The translations under genes and the position numbers were made by a program. Shown here one piece after another: positions 31,101 to 41,420 of a stretch of 64,000 nucleotides of DNA. The notes under the pieces are model-generated. The model was given only the letters and a program-made list of their open reading frames with translations. It had not been told where the DNA came from and made no database searches. Numbering within the stretch: the stretch's first letter is position 1; each line of letters opens with the position of its first letter. The stretch lies in the NCBI GenBank assembly GCA_002269645.1, contig NIVC01000647.1, positions 186,001-250,000 on the forward strand. The letters run 5' to 3'. The DNA is from Macrostomum lignano. Its lineage: Eukaryota.

Positions 31101-32654
31101 TTCAGCTCTGATCCTCAATAAATCCCGAAAATATCCCAGTTCAGCTCTGATCCTCAATAAATCCCGAAAATATCCCAGTTCAGCTCTGATCCTCAATAAA
31201 TCCCGAAAATATCCCAGTTCAGCTGTGATCCTCAATAAATCTTGAAAATATCCCAGTTCAGCTCTGATCCTCAATAAATCTTGAAAATATCCCAGTTCAG
31301 CTCTGATCCTCAATAAATCCCGAAAATATCCCAGTTCAGCTCTGATCCTCAATAAATCCCGAAAATATCCCAGTTCAGCTCTGATCCTCAATAAATCCCG
31401 AAAATATCCCAGTTCAGCTCTGATCCTCAATAAATCCCGAAAATATCCCAGTTCAGCTCTGATCCTCAATAAATCCCGAAAATATCCCAGCTCAGCTCTG
31501 ATCCTCAATAAATCCCGAAAATATCCCAGCTCAGCTCTGATCCTCAATAAATCCCGAAAATATCCCAGTTCAGCTCTGATCCTCAATAAATCCCGAAAAT
31601 ATCGCAGTTCAGCTCTGATTCTCAATAAATCCCGAAAATATCCCAGTTCAGCTCTGATCCTCAATAAATCCCGAAAATATCGCAGTTCAGCTCTGATTCT
31701 CAATAAATCCCGAAAATATCGCAGTTCAGCTCTGATCCTCAATAAATCCCGAAAATATCGCAGTTCAGCTCTGATTCTCAATAAAGCCCGAAAATATCCC
31801 AGTTCAGCTCTGATCCTCAATAAATCTTGAAAATATCTCAGTTCAGCTCTGATCCTCAATAAATCCCGAAAATATCCCAGTTCAGCTCTGATCCTCAATA
31901 AATCCCGAAAATATCCCAGTTCAGCTCTGATCCTCAATAAATCCCGAAAATATCCCAGTTCAGCTCTGATCCTCAATAAATCCCGAAAATATCCCAGTTC
32001 AGCTCTGATCCTCAATAAATCCCGAAAATATCCCAGTTCAGCTCTGATCCTCAATAAATCCCGAAAATATCCCAGCTCTGCCGTAATCTCCGAAACTTCC
32101 TTAATATCCCAGCAATGCAGATTTTCCCATCTACTTAACTATCCAAATATGCATTACCCTCATATATTCCCAACTCAATCCAGATCCTCAAATTCTGAAT
32201 CACATCCCCCACTTGGCAGATCCGCATGGGCACAGTGCCAGACCGCGGCGGCCGAGCCTGGGAGCTGGAGCCGCCTCCGCCCGAGATGCCGGCTTTCAGA
32301 CAGCGCGAGGCCGGCGGCGGCGACCATCGCGGTGGCGGCCGCGGCGGCGGCGGAGGCGGTCGCGGAAGAGGCGGTGGAGGTCGCGGCGGCGACAGCGGCG
32401 GGGGTTGGGGAGGCGGTGGCGGCGGCTGGCAGCAGCAGCAGCAACAGCAGCAAGGATTTGTATTCATGCCAGACCAGCATTACCATCAGCAGCAGCAGTT
32501 CACTTTCCAGCCAAGTAGTCAATACGAGTTTCAGCCGCAGATGCATCAGGGCCAGCAGAATTATCAACAGACTGGATATCGAGGCGGCGGCGGTGGCCGC
32601 GGTGGCGGCGGCGGTCGCGGCGGTCGCGGCTATCGAGGCGGCGGCAGGCGATAA
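28111..32654 (+). CDS. FAM98: FAM98 family protein with C-terminal RGG/Gly-rich tail (tRNA ligase complex-associated), 464 aa
   Basis: Exons 28111-28654, 29282-29697, 32220-32654 (phases 1, 0). Motifs ELTGFLREYGCPY, LQFLATEVQAA, EYGTRRRLLLDRLDATISSFFWSDR, MGTVPDRGGR, PPEMPAF, RGG repeats. Confidence 0.93.
28742..29232. repeat. 23-bp minisatellite TTCTCGCTGTCCGATTCTACCCG and degenerate derivatives (FAM98 intron 1)
   Basis: Direct reading. Confidence 0.95.
29750..32080. repeat. 39-bp minisatellite, about 60 copies (FAM98 intron 2)
   Basis: Unit TCCTCAATAAATCCCGAAAATATCCCAGTTCAGCTCTGA; accounts for the RIRAELGYFRDLL antisense ORFs. Confidence 0.97.
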
Positions 32655-32787
32655 CTTATCTCTAAGAGAATATTAGAGTCAGTGACATTAAAAAGTGAGA
32701 ATCCAGAAACCAGTAATCAACTTTTCTCAGATCAAACCTCATGCCCACGGGCCCAGTGTGGGCGTTACGCTACCTGTCTGTCTACAC

Positions 32788-33267
32788 CAGGGGTCGGCAA
32801 ACTTTGGCCTGCTAAGCCTCTCTATCCGGCCCTCGGGTCCTTTGAAAATTCGCAATAGCAATCCGGCCTGCTCAGGGTTTGTGTCTTTTTTCTCCTTTTT
32901 CTCCACTCCCCTCCTGTCTCATCTCCCCCTCTCTCTCTCATCTCTTCTCCCCTCTCTTATCTCCTCTCTCATCTCCCTTTCTCCCCCTCTGTCCTCTCCC
33001 TCTCCTCTCTTCTCCACTCCCCTCTCCCTTCTCTCATCCCCCTTCTTTTCTCTCCCTTTCTTTCTCTCCTCTCACCTCTCCTCTCTCATCTTCTCTCCTC
33101 TCCTTTCTTATCTCCCCCCTCTCTCTCATCTCCCCTCTCCCCTCTCTCATCTCCTTTTTTTCCTCTCCCTTTCTCTCCCATCTCCTCTCCCTTCCTCTCT
33201 CCCCTCCTCTCCTCTCTGGCTCTCAGTCATGCGCAGATCCTACATCTGGCCCTTAAAGTTGTCTCTG
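32788..33267 (+). mobile_element. hAT-type MITE with internal CT-rich tract (right end degenerate)
   Basis: Left TIR CAGGGGTCGGCAAACTT; subterminal sequence shared with 38203-38657. Confidence 0.65.
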
Positions 33268-33772
33268 CAGTAGTTTGCACTACACCATCATCCAAATTCG
33301 AGAGAGAATCTGAAGAGAAAACTTGAGCCCAGTGATTTTCCTCTGTTTACTTTTTTCAATTAGCTGGCTACTGTCAGTTCATTCAGTAGCCAGGACTCTT
33401 CTACCTGTTTTACTAGCCAAGGTATGCTGAAGTGGCCCATCTGGGTATACTGTCTATCGTATCAGTGGTCTTTATTGGATTGCTCTGGTAGAGGGATAGA
33501 TGCTTATGTTTATTGAATGCCCCCAGTGCGTTTCAGCGATATTGATTTCACCTGCTTTGCTGATTTTCTTTCTTGATTATTTTCCTTTCAATTTGTTAGT
33601 TGCTTTTTTCAAAGAGTGCAGCCTTGCTTGCTGTCTCCCCAGCACAGGGATTAATTGTGTCTTGGTTGTACTTTTGCCGTGTTTTTGTTCTAGTTTTAAT
33701 TTAACTCAGCTTTGTATATTTTAGCTTAGTATACATTCTAGCAGGTGTATCTATTTATCAGGTCTACCGCCG

Positions 33773-33774
<2 letters not shown>

Positions 33775-33808
<34 letters not shown>

Positions 33809-33900
33809 CCTACCTGCCTGTACGTCTGTATCTACCTGTCTGTCTGTCTGTCTGACTGTCTGTCTGTGTGTCTGTCTGTCTGTCTGTCTGTCTGTCTTAG

Positions 33901-33995
<95 letters not shown>

Positions 33996-33996
33996 G

Positions 33997-34047
<51 letters not shown>

Positions 34048-34054
34048 GCCTGCC

Positions 34055-34097
<43 letters not shown>
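33775..34097. repeat. (GTCT)n microsatellite
   Basis: Direct reading. Confidence 0.95.
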
Positions 34098-34098
<1 letters not shown>

Positions 34099-34439
34099 CC
34101 TATTCCTTTACGTTGCCCCGTTACTATAAATTGACAATTTAACCTTGGCCTGCATTTGCCGGTTTATCAAATTGGTTATATGTAAAATCGAAAATGAAAA
34201 TACAACAGTTTGAATTATCAATTTGATATCAGTTAAAAACCGCTGTGCTTTTACTACGGTGTCTGTTTTTTGTGCCAAAAAATTGTTTTTAGTGCTCTTT
34301 TAAACTATTTTCTCCTTTTTCATTAGTGCCTACTCTCTAAGTTCTGTCGTTAGTAGTGCAACTTGCAAATGTCAGATTACGAATAAGACAGACCTAAAAA
34401 CAGAGAGCCACAGACAGCAGACAAATATGCAAAGCAGAA

Positions 34440-34448
34440 ACTGACAGG

Positions 34449-34502
<54 letters not shown>

Positions 34503-35108
34503 GGCAGAGACAGACAGGTAGACAGGTAGGCAGAGACAGACAGGCAGATAGACAGACAGAGACAGACAGAGTCTGACAGACACACAGGCAAGCAGGTAGA
34601 CAGACAGGCAAAGAAAGGTAGACAGGCAGGCAGAGACAGACAGGCAGATAGACAGACAGAGACAGACAGAGTCTGACAGACACACAGGCAAGCAGGTAGA
34701 CAGACGGCAAAGACAGGTAGACAGGCAGATAGACAGACAGACAGGTAGATACAGACGTACAGGCAGGTAGACAGACAGACAGACAGGTAGACAAACATAC
34801 AGGCAGGTAGGTAGACAGACAGACAGATAGACAGGCAGAGACAGGCAGGCAGATAGACAGACAGACAGGTAGGTAGACAGACAGAGACAGACAGACACAC
34901 AGGCAAGCAGGTAGACAGACAGACAGACAGGCAGGCAGGTAGGCAGAGACAGGTAGACAGGTAGACAGACGTACAGGCAGGCAGGTAGGTAGACAGACAG
35001 ACTGACAGGTAGACAGATAGGTAGACAGACATACAGGCAGGTGGGTAGACAGACATACAGGCAGGTGGGTAGACAGACAGACAGGTAGACAGACAAGCAG
35101 GCAAGCAA
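34440..35108. repeat. (AGAC/AGGC/AGGT)n complex microsatellite, inverted relative to 33775-34097
   Basis: Direct reading. Confidence 0.95.
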
Positions 35109-35170
35109 GGAAATATTCGATCTCTTACACAAAAATGCCATAAATTGCAGCCCGAATCCGGACCGCAGCC

Positions 35171-35359
35171 ATGCCAGCCTGGAGAGACGCGGGAATCAAC
35201 TACATCCGCTACTCGGCCCTGTGCGCCAAGGTGGTGCGCCACTGCCTCAAGCCAGAGCTGCAGCGCGAAGCCATGAAACGGGAAGGCAGCACTGTGAAAG
35301 CCTTCCTGTGGAAGGACGGCAAACCGTCTGAGGTTCCGAGGAAGGTCGTGCAGGCTTGA
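35171..35359 (+). CDS. ATP5F1E: Mitochondrial ATP synthase F1 subunit epsilon, 62 aa
   Basis: [29 protein letters not shown] matches the WRxAGlsYirYsxIcAxvvRxaLK epsilon signature; AATAAA overlaps the stop (35359-35364). Confidence 0.93.
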   Translation: MPAWRDAGINYIRYSALCAKVVRHCLKPELQREAMKREGSTVKAFLWKDGKPSEVPRKVVQA

Positions 35360-35861
35360 ATAAAGTTTGACAGCCATGGACTGGCGAGTTTAATTAGCCT
35401 TAGTGTTTAGCTACTAAACTATTATTTTGTTACTGTATGTAAAGCCTACTTGCTAGCTCTCTATACACAATGCTATTTACGCAGTCGTTAAGAATCCATT
35501 TGATTAAGAACGAGTTGTTTCGAACGGCACTTTTTCACTCCCACTCGTAACAGTCGCAATTCAGTTAAGAACGACCCAACAAATGTTCCTATATCTGTGC
35601 TACTGTAATTTGCTATCGAGCTAAATATATCAACACTATATAAACAAACTGTTTGGAAAATTAAACTATAATGACTAGTTGGTGACAAGTTCTCTGTAGA
35701 GTGCAACTTTTCTTTTATTGAAGCAGTTTTGTGTTTTCTTATCAGTATCAGATTATCTAAAGAGTTAAAGTTTGTCCCATTAGATAAGGCGCAATATTCC
35801 CATATTAATAGAAGATAATATAGCTTTTTGCAGCCCATTTGGGCTCACACGCATTGGAATT

Positions 35862-36551
35862 TTATCCAAGAAATGGAGCTTTTGTCTATGGTAGCAAGGC
35901 TGGCACCGCAGCGGTTAATTTCGTCTAACAGGCATCAATTTGGTTGTTTCACTGTACCAACACAAGAGATGACGTCAAAAATGCAATCTGCTCAACTATA
36001 ACAAAAGGAAAAAAGAGCATTCTAGTTTGACCAAAACTCCGCTTCGATCACGAGTCCATGGCGTTTGTTTGACATTCTGTCATATGGTACACGATTCTGG
36101 GGCTGATCGCAATGAAGCATTGTTTAGCAATTTGAAGATCATTATTTGTAGTTTTTATGCATTACAATTCATTGTTTGTTTGCCATTCAACCTAGAGAGA
36201 AGGGTTATGAATACTCGTACACTCTACCATAGACATCAAAGTTTTCTTCAAGTTTTTTTCACACCCCTGTCTGTCTGTAGAATCGTCAAACAGAAAAACA
36301 ATGCAAAGAATCAGCGGTCGCAGCACGTGACAACGATTTGTCCATGGCTCGCGCCTACCGGCGCTCGCCAGACAATCGTTGTCACGCACTGGGACCGCTG
36401 ATTATTTATCCATTGCTTCCGTTCTCACTGTTTGCGACAGTCATGTCTAAATTAGAATCTAGGAGTGAAACTACAGAGCCGCTATGGACCACATTAAATG
36501 CCGCTGTGCCAGCCTTGCTACCATAAACAAAAGCTACATTACTTTGGCTAA
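35862..36551. mobile_element. Inverted-repeat-bounded element (about 50-bp arms), MITE-like
   Basis: AGCTTTTGT(C/T)TATGGTAGCAAGGCTGGCAC at 35877 and reverse-complemented at about 36505-36535; no clear TSD. Confidence 0.55.
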
Positions 36552-36865
36552 TATTTGGCTTTGCTTGATTATTACGAGATTCAATCGCAGTTTGCAAGTG
36601 TTGGGCTTAGTTAATAACACTATTTTATGTTAGTTATTAACACTACTTGCAATAGTTTGTTTGTTGTATAATATGACCTGAATCTGTTTTTTATTGGCTC
36701 ATCGCTTGGATTTGTCTTCTATGGGCTAAACCGGTGTCAATTTTAAGTGTACCTCGTACTTGTCTTACAGTTGCATATTACTCATTCACCTTTGTTAATT
36801 AAGCGATCAAATATCTTTAAAAAGCTTGTCTTCTAAAAGCAAATAGCTGACCCTTGATTCCGCAG

Positions 36866-37459
36866 CTGCCCGTACGGTTAATTTTGCGCCTCTGCCCAGC
36901 GCAGCAGCAGCAGCGCCTTGTTGCCTGCAGTCGGTCCTTAGTTACCCTTGCTAAGCAACCGTCGCAGCGCGTCCGACATGACTGTCTGGTTCTCTCAGAA
37001 TCGCTGAAGCGGAGTCAGATTAGGTTCCGCCACCTGTGCACCGATGGCAAAGGCGGCGGCAGTCTTCCAGCTGCATTTGAGAGCGCCAACTTAGCTGACT
37101 CGACAGATATTGTTCAGGATGCCAAGCGTCAGATGGGCATCGTGTTCACCTGCAAAGTGTGCAGCACTCGGCAGGCGAGAAGTTTCTCGCGAGTAGCCTA
37201 CGATCGCGGAGTGGTGATTATTCGGTGTGACGGCTGTCAGAATTTGCACCTGATTGCAGATAATCTGCACTGGTTCGATCACGTCGGCGGCCGAAATGTG
37301 GAACAGATTCTGCGCGAACGCGGCGAAGAGGTGCGACGGCTCAGCGGCTGCTTGGATCTGCAGCTAGGAAACAAAATCGAAAGTGATAGTGGCGTCAAGT
37401 GTGAAACTGAAGCTGGAAGCGGAAGTGCAGGTTCAGATGGAAGCGGAAGCAGTGGTTAG
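36866..37459 (+). CDS. DNLZ: DNL-type zinc finger protein (Hep1/Zim17/Tim15), mitochondrial Hsp70 escort protein; start codon not genomically encoded at this exon
   Basis: zf-DNL domain FTCKVCSTRQARSFSRVAYDRGVVIIRCDGCQNLHLIADNLHWF...RNVEQILRERGE; Arg-rich presequence-like N-terminus; ORF opens after a phase-0 acceptor (CTGAC...CCGCAG| at 36865). Confidence 0.9.
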   Translation: MPVRLILRLCPAQQQQRLVACSRSLVTLAKQPSQRVRHDCLVLSESLKRSQIRFRHLCTDGKGGGSLPAAFESANLADSTDIVQDAKRQMGIVFTCKVCSTRQARSFSRVAYDRGVVIIRCDGCQNLHLIADNLHWFDHVGGRNVEQILRERGEEVRRLSGCLDLQLGNKIESDSGVKCETEAGSGSAGSDGSGSSG

Positions 37460-38202
37460 TTTTCCATGGGCTTCCTCTTGTCCCTGGCGACTCATTGTAA
37501 TTACAAAAAAATACTTAAGGAAATATTTTGCTGCCCTAAATTTTATTGCTCATTTGTTTAAATTTGAGGACGAAAAAATATATTTAGTATAAAGCCTGTT
37601 GCTTATGTGGAGAATTTTCTCTGGAATATCCTTTGTTTATTGTTAAATTTACTTATTTTAATTGGACGGAATGCTAAGTATCCGATGTAGACAATGTCTT
37701 CAACGCATGTAGGGAGTGGCGATGGAAACTGGATGCTGGAAGCTTGTGTGTGGAACGTAGACATTGTCGTAAAGGCCATGTCACAGTTGGGATACATGAG
37801 GTCGGTTTCTGTGGCAGGTACTTCTGCCATATAAATTGCTGTAGTTTTTCAGCAATTCTTCCCACAGGCTCCATGGCTTTTAGTCGTTGAAGAGATGCTG
37901 CAGCATACTGAAAAAGCCCTCCAATTCGTAGAAGCACAGTATCGAGCGCCACTCTTGGTACGAACCTCTTATTATCAACCAATTGGTCAGATGTTGAGGC
38001 CATTGGGCTCGGATTTCTTGTTCCATGCTCAAGAAGCCTCCACCATCCATTGCTACTTCTTCTTTGCTCCCTCCGGAACGACAAATTTAATTGTTTCTAC
38101 CAGTCATCGAAGTCTATGTTTGTTAATTGGATTGAATTGGTGCTTGCAAACTTACAAAATTTAGTTCTCTTAAAGAGTCAAAACTCAAACCTCGCCCTAG
38201 AA

Positions 38203-38358
38203 CAGGGGTCGGAGGGGTCGGAAAGCTCTGGCCCGCGGGCCACATGCGGCTCGCAAAGCCTCTATCCGGCCCTCGGGTCTTTTGAAAGTTCACAATAGCA
38301 ATCCAGCCCGCTCAATGTTTGTATCTCTTCTCAACGTAGCAGCGTCTACATGTAATCA

Positions 38359-38444
<86 letters not shown>

Positions 38445-38657
38445 CTTTCTCCTCTCGTCTCGTCTCGTCTCGTCTCATCTCCCCTCTCCTCTCTTCTCTG
38501 TCCTTTTCTCTCCTCTCTCCTTTCTCCTCTTCTCTCCACTCTTCTCTTATTTCTCCTAGCTCTCCTTTATTCTCTCTCCTCTCTCCCCTCATCCGGCCCG
38601 CAGTCATTCCCTAGGTTCTCTATCTGGCCCTGAGGTAAAAAAGTTTGCTGACCGCTG
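38203..38657 (+). mobile_element. hAT (Charlie-like) MITE containing (CT)n
   Basis: TIRs CAGGGGTCGG... / ...AAGTTTGCTGACCGCTG, 8-bp TSD CCCTAGAA (38195-38202, 38658-38665). Confidence 0.88.
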
Positions 38658-38810
38658 CCCTAGAAGCAGATAATGAGTGTTTGATTGGCCACAGACATAC
38701 TGCTTGGGCTACTGCCACTGCTTTGCGAAGGGAGCAATCAGCTTGAACTTTTCGATCTTATATTTTGACCCTATTTAATTGACATTTTAATCGTACGGCT
38801 GTGCCCGGTA

Positions 38811-39059
38811 ATGGCCCTGTTGATCGCAACGCTAGCTTTAGTCACGCTGTTCAGTCACTACCTCGAGCTGGATTACGGCGACCCGACTAAGCAGCAGTTC
38901 GTCGATGACATTCAAGGCGACACGAATCAGCCCTGCGAAGACGACGTTGACTGCTTTTTCCCCTACGAGATTTGCAACAGTTCCAAACGATGCTTCAGAC
39001 TATTCAAAATTCCTATTCTGTATAAGACTGCTTATGTTGGAATGTTTGGCAATCCGTAA
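38811..39059 (+). CDS. Candidate small secreted or membrane-anchored Cys-rich peptide (82 aa; possibly spliced at 39055)
   Basis: Hydrophobic N-terminus MALLIATLALVTLF, C-x5-C-x6-C-x5-C motif (CEDDVDCFFPYEICNSSKRC), GC3-rich codons against AT-rich flanks; no family recognised. Confidence 0.4.
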   Translation: MALLIATLALVTLFSHYLELDYGDPTKQQFVDDIQGDTNQPCEDDVDCFFPYEICNSSKRCFRLFKIPILYKTAYVGMFGNP

Positions 39060-40069
39060 GAATGTGCTACTAGTACTGCGAGATGTCCGATAAATAACTC
39101 AAACTAAATTCCGATGAGCATGTTGAATTATCATCAAATGGAGTTGTTGTTTGCTTATTTTTCAAGATGCGCTGTGAAGGATTTCTATGCGTAAGAGCGT
39201 TGCAGAATACCTTGAAAGGTTAGCATGCATCTCCATGATCCTAAAAATGGGTGCCTGCATCGTGCAGTTATGCAGTTATGTGTTCCTTGCCTTTGATCCC
39301 CCGTTTTCATGTTTAAGCTGTGCAGCATTCACAAACATCAGGTTCTCTGACAGCCCTGGACCAGATGAAGGTGCAGCGTTTATAATAGTCATTAGGTCTT
39401 GCATCCAGTGTTTATCCTGCCTTAAAAAGACTTAGATTCTATACTTTATCACTCTCTTTATACTTTATCATTCATATCCTTTTAGTATCCTTTTAGACAT
39501 ATCAGTGACTCTTCCGAAGACCCTTGACAACCAGCCCACAAAAAACCGTGGACACACTTAGCAGTACGAATAGGCGCGTGGGTAGCAACACCTCTTGTTG
39601 GCCTCTTGCTACTTTTAGTTCTATAAAAGGGTAGCTACAACTATATTCACAGACATCGAATAAAACAGTATCACCTTGAGTTCAGGTGGGTGTCATCTAT
39701 CGCAGCTTATTTCGGCTTTACCGAATGGGGAACAATGCTTTCCAATTCTATTAAAAGTGTAGGCTAATGGATATAAGCATAGATTTATATATGCACTCTA
39801 GCACATGTACGAGTATGTTAAATTTTATCAGTCTGCTAAAACTGTTCGAGGCTCAGTATTGGCCTTAAGGGCACAAGCCAGTGTCTGCCTTCTGAAGCTC
39901 TGCTTTCTGAGATATCATAAAGTACATGTGTAGTACCAACAAAGATAAGAAATTTCAGCAACTTACTTTTCAGCCAGCATATAAACCTAGAAAACTTTAA
40001 CCAAAAACATGAATTTCGTATCTAGACTAGAGAGTGTACCCCCGGAATTGAAACAGCTTATACAGCAGC

Positions 40070-41420
40070 ATGACGAGTCAAGAAAGGAGTCCAGGCTACA
40101 CTGGCGAACGGCACCCCGAGCTGTTCAAGGAGCGGCCGGCCAAAGGCAACAAGCCAGGCCAGCTGAGTCGGGCACAGCTGGACGAATTCTACACCCGAGG
40201 CTTCACCCTGGTGCGAGACTTCTTCGCCAAAGAGGAGCTGGACGCCCTGAAGGTTGACATTGTGGCGAAAGTCTCGGAGCTGGCAGACAAACTGTACAAT
40301 GCCAGCAAGATTAAAGGTGATTTGACTGGCGATGCTAAAATAATGATGGCGGTTGTGGTGGTATTGATGTTCCGTGACTGTCGGTATGATCAAAGGCAGT
40401 TGGTTTAAACCCTCTGTCGGTATGATCAAAGCAGTTAGTTTTCGAGATCAGCCGATATCAGCAACTCAGCAGGTTTACATTGTGTTAATCCTTGATTAGC
40501 TGTTTGAAAGAAACTCGTGTCGCTCTACCCACGTTAGACAAACACGAGGGCCTCGGATTCTACCACCGCCTTTGCGCCATCGAGCGCGACTTCCCCGGTG
40601 CCAACATAGTGCTGCTCAAAATGACGCCCAACCTGCCGCCCTCGTTCCGGGCCATTGCCGCCCACGAGCGAATGCTGAACCTCCTCGAGGACATCGTCGG
40701 CCCGAACATCTCCTTCAACCCGGTGTGGAACCTGCGCACCAAAACGCCAAACAACGCCGCCAGCACGGTGCCCTGGCATCAAGACAGCGGCTACTTCGAC
40801 GTGGAGTCCTACAACGCGCTCATCGTCACCGCCTGGGTGCCGCTGCTGGACGCCAACGAGCAGAACGGCACCCTGCAGATGGTGCCGGGCTGCCACCGGG
40901 ACGGCTACATCGCCAAGCACACCTGCTGCGCCGGGCCCACCTGGTACATTGACCTGGACGAGGACATCATCGAGAAGGAGTTTGGCGTGGACATGGCCAA
41001 GGACCCCGTAACTCTCGACGTGCCGTACGGCTCCTTCCTGCTGTTCAACAACTTCACGCCGCACCGGAGCCTCAACAACCGCTCGGACGTGGTGCGCTGG
41101 TCCATCGACTTCCGCTGGCAGCGCACGGGCACCCCGGCTGGGTTGTTCGGCCTCAAGCCCACCTGTGAGGTGCGCCGCGACGGGGAGCCGAACTTCCGGC
41201 CAGACTGGGTTCCAGCGAAGTTGCTGCTAGCTTCGACTCTGGGGACCGGAACAGAGCCCAGCTGGAGTCCATGGCCAGGGACGATAGCGCAGCCGACGAG
41301 TTCAGCATCCTCATGTCCGGTCCTTGGATGAAGAAATGGGAGATCGTCAACCACAACAAGCACACGGACGAGTTTGAGAAGAACTCAGAGGACTGGAAAC
41401 TCGAGATGCTGCATGGCTGA
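40070..41420 (+). CDS. Phytanoyl-CoA dioxygenase (PhyH)-domain 2OG-Fe(II) dioxygenase, with an apparent 1-nt frameshift near 41208
   Basis: Exons 40070-40316 and 40538-41420; LSxxQLDEFYTRGF, PWHQDSGY (HxD), TAWVPLLDANEQNGTLQMVPGCH, TPHRS (distal His), RWSIDFRW. The C-terminal ...GPWMKKWEIVNHNKHT lies in a shifted frame; one extra base gives 376 aa. Confidence 0.85.

Noticed and set aside
29690-32054. 307- and 485-aa antisense ORFs (RIRAELGYFRDLL)n
   Set aside because: A 39-bp unit that is a multiple of 3 and stop-free on that strand; lies in a FAM98 intron, with no ATG start and a frameshift at the variant unit.
34372-35377. Cys/Leu/Ser/Val-rich minus-strand ORFs
   Set aside because: Microsatellite translations; the 3' part is antisense to ATP5F1E.
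40009-40257. 82-aa ORF overlapping the PhyH gene start
   Set aside because: Out of frame with the conserved domain and its ATG lies upstream of the acceptor at 40065; at most a uORF.
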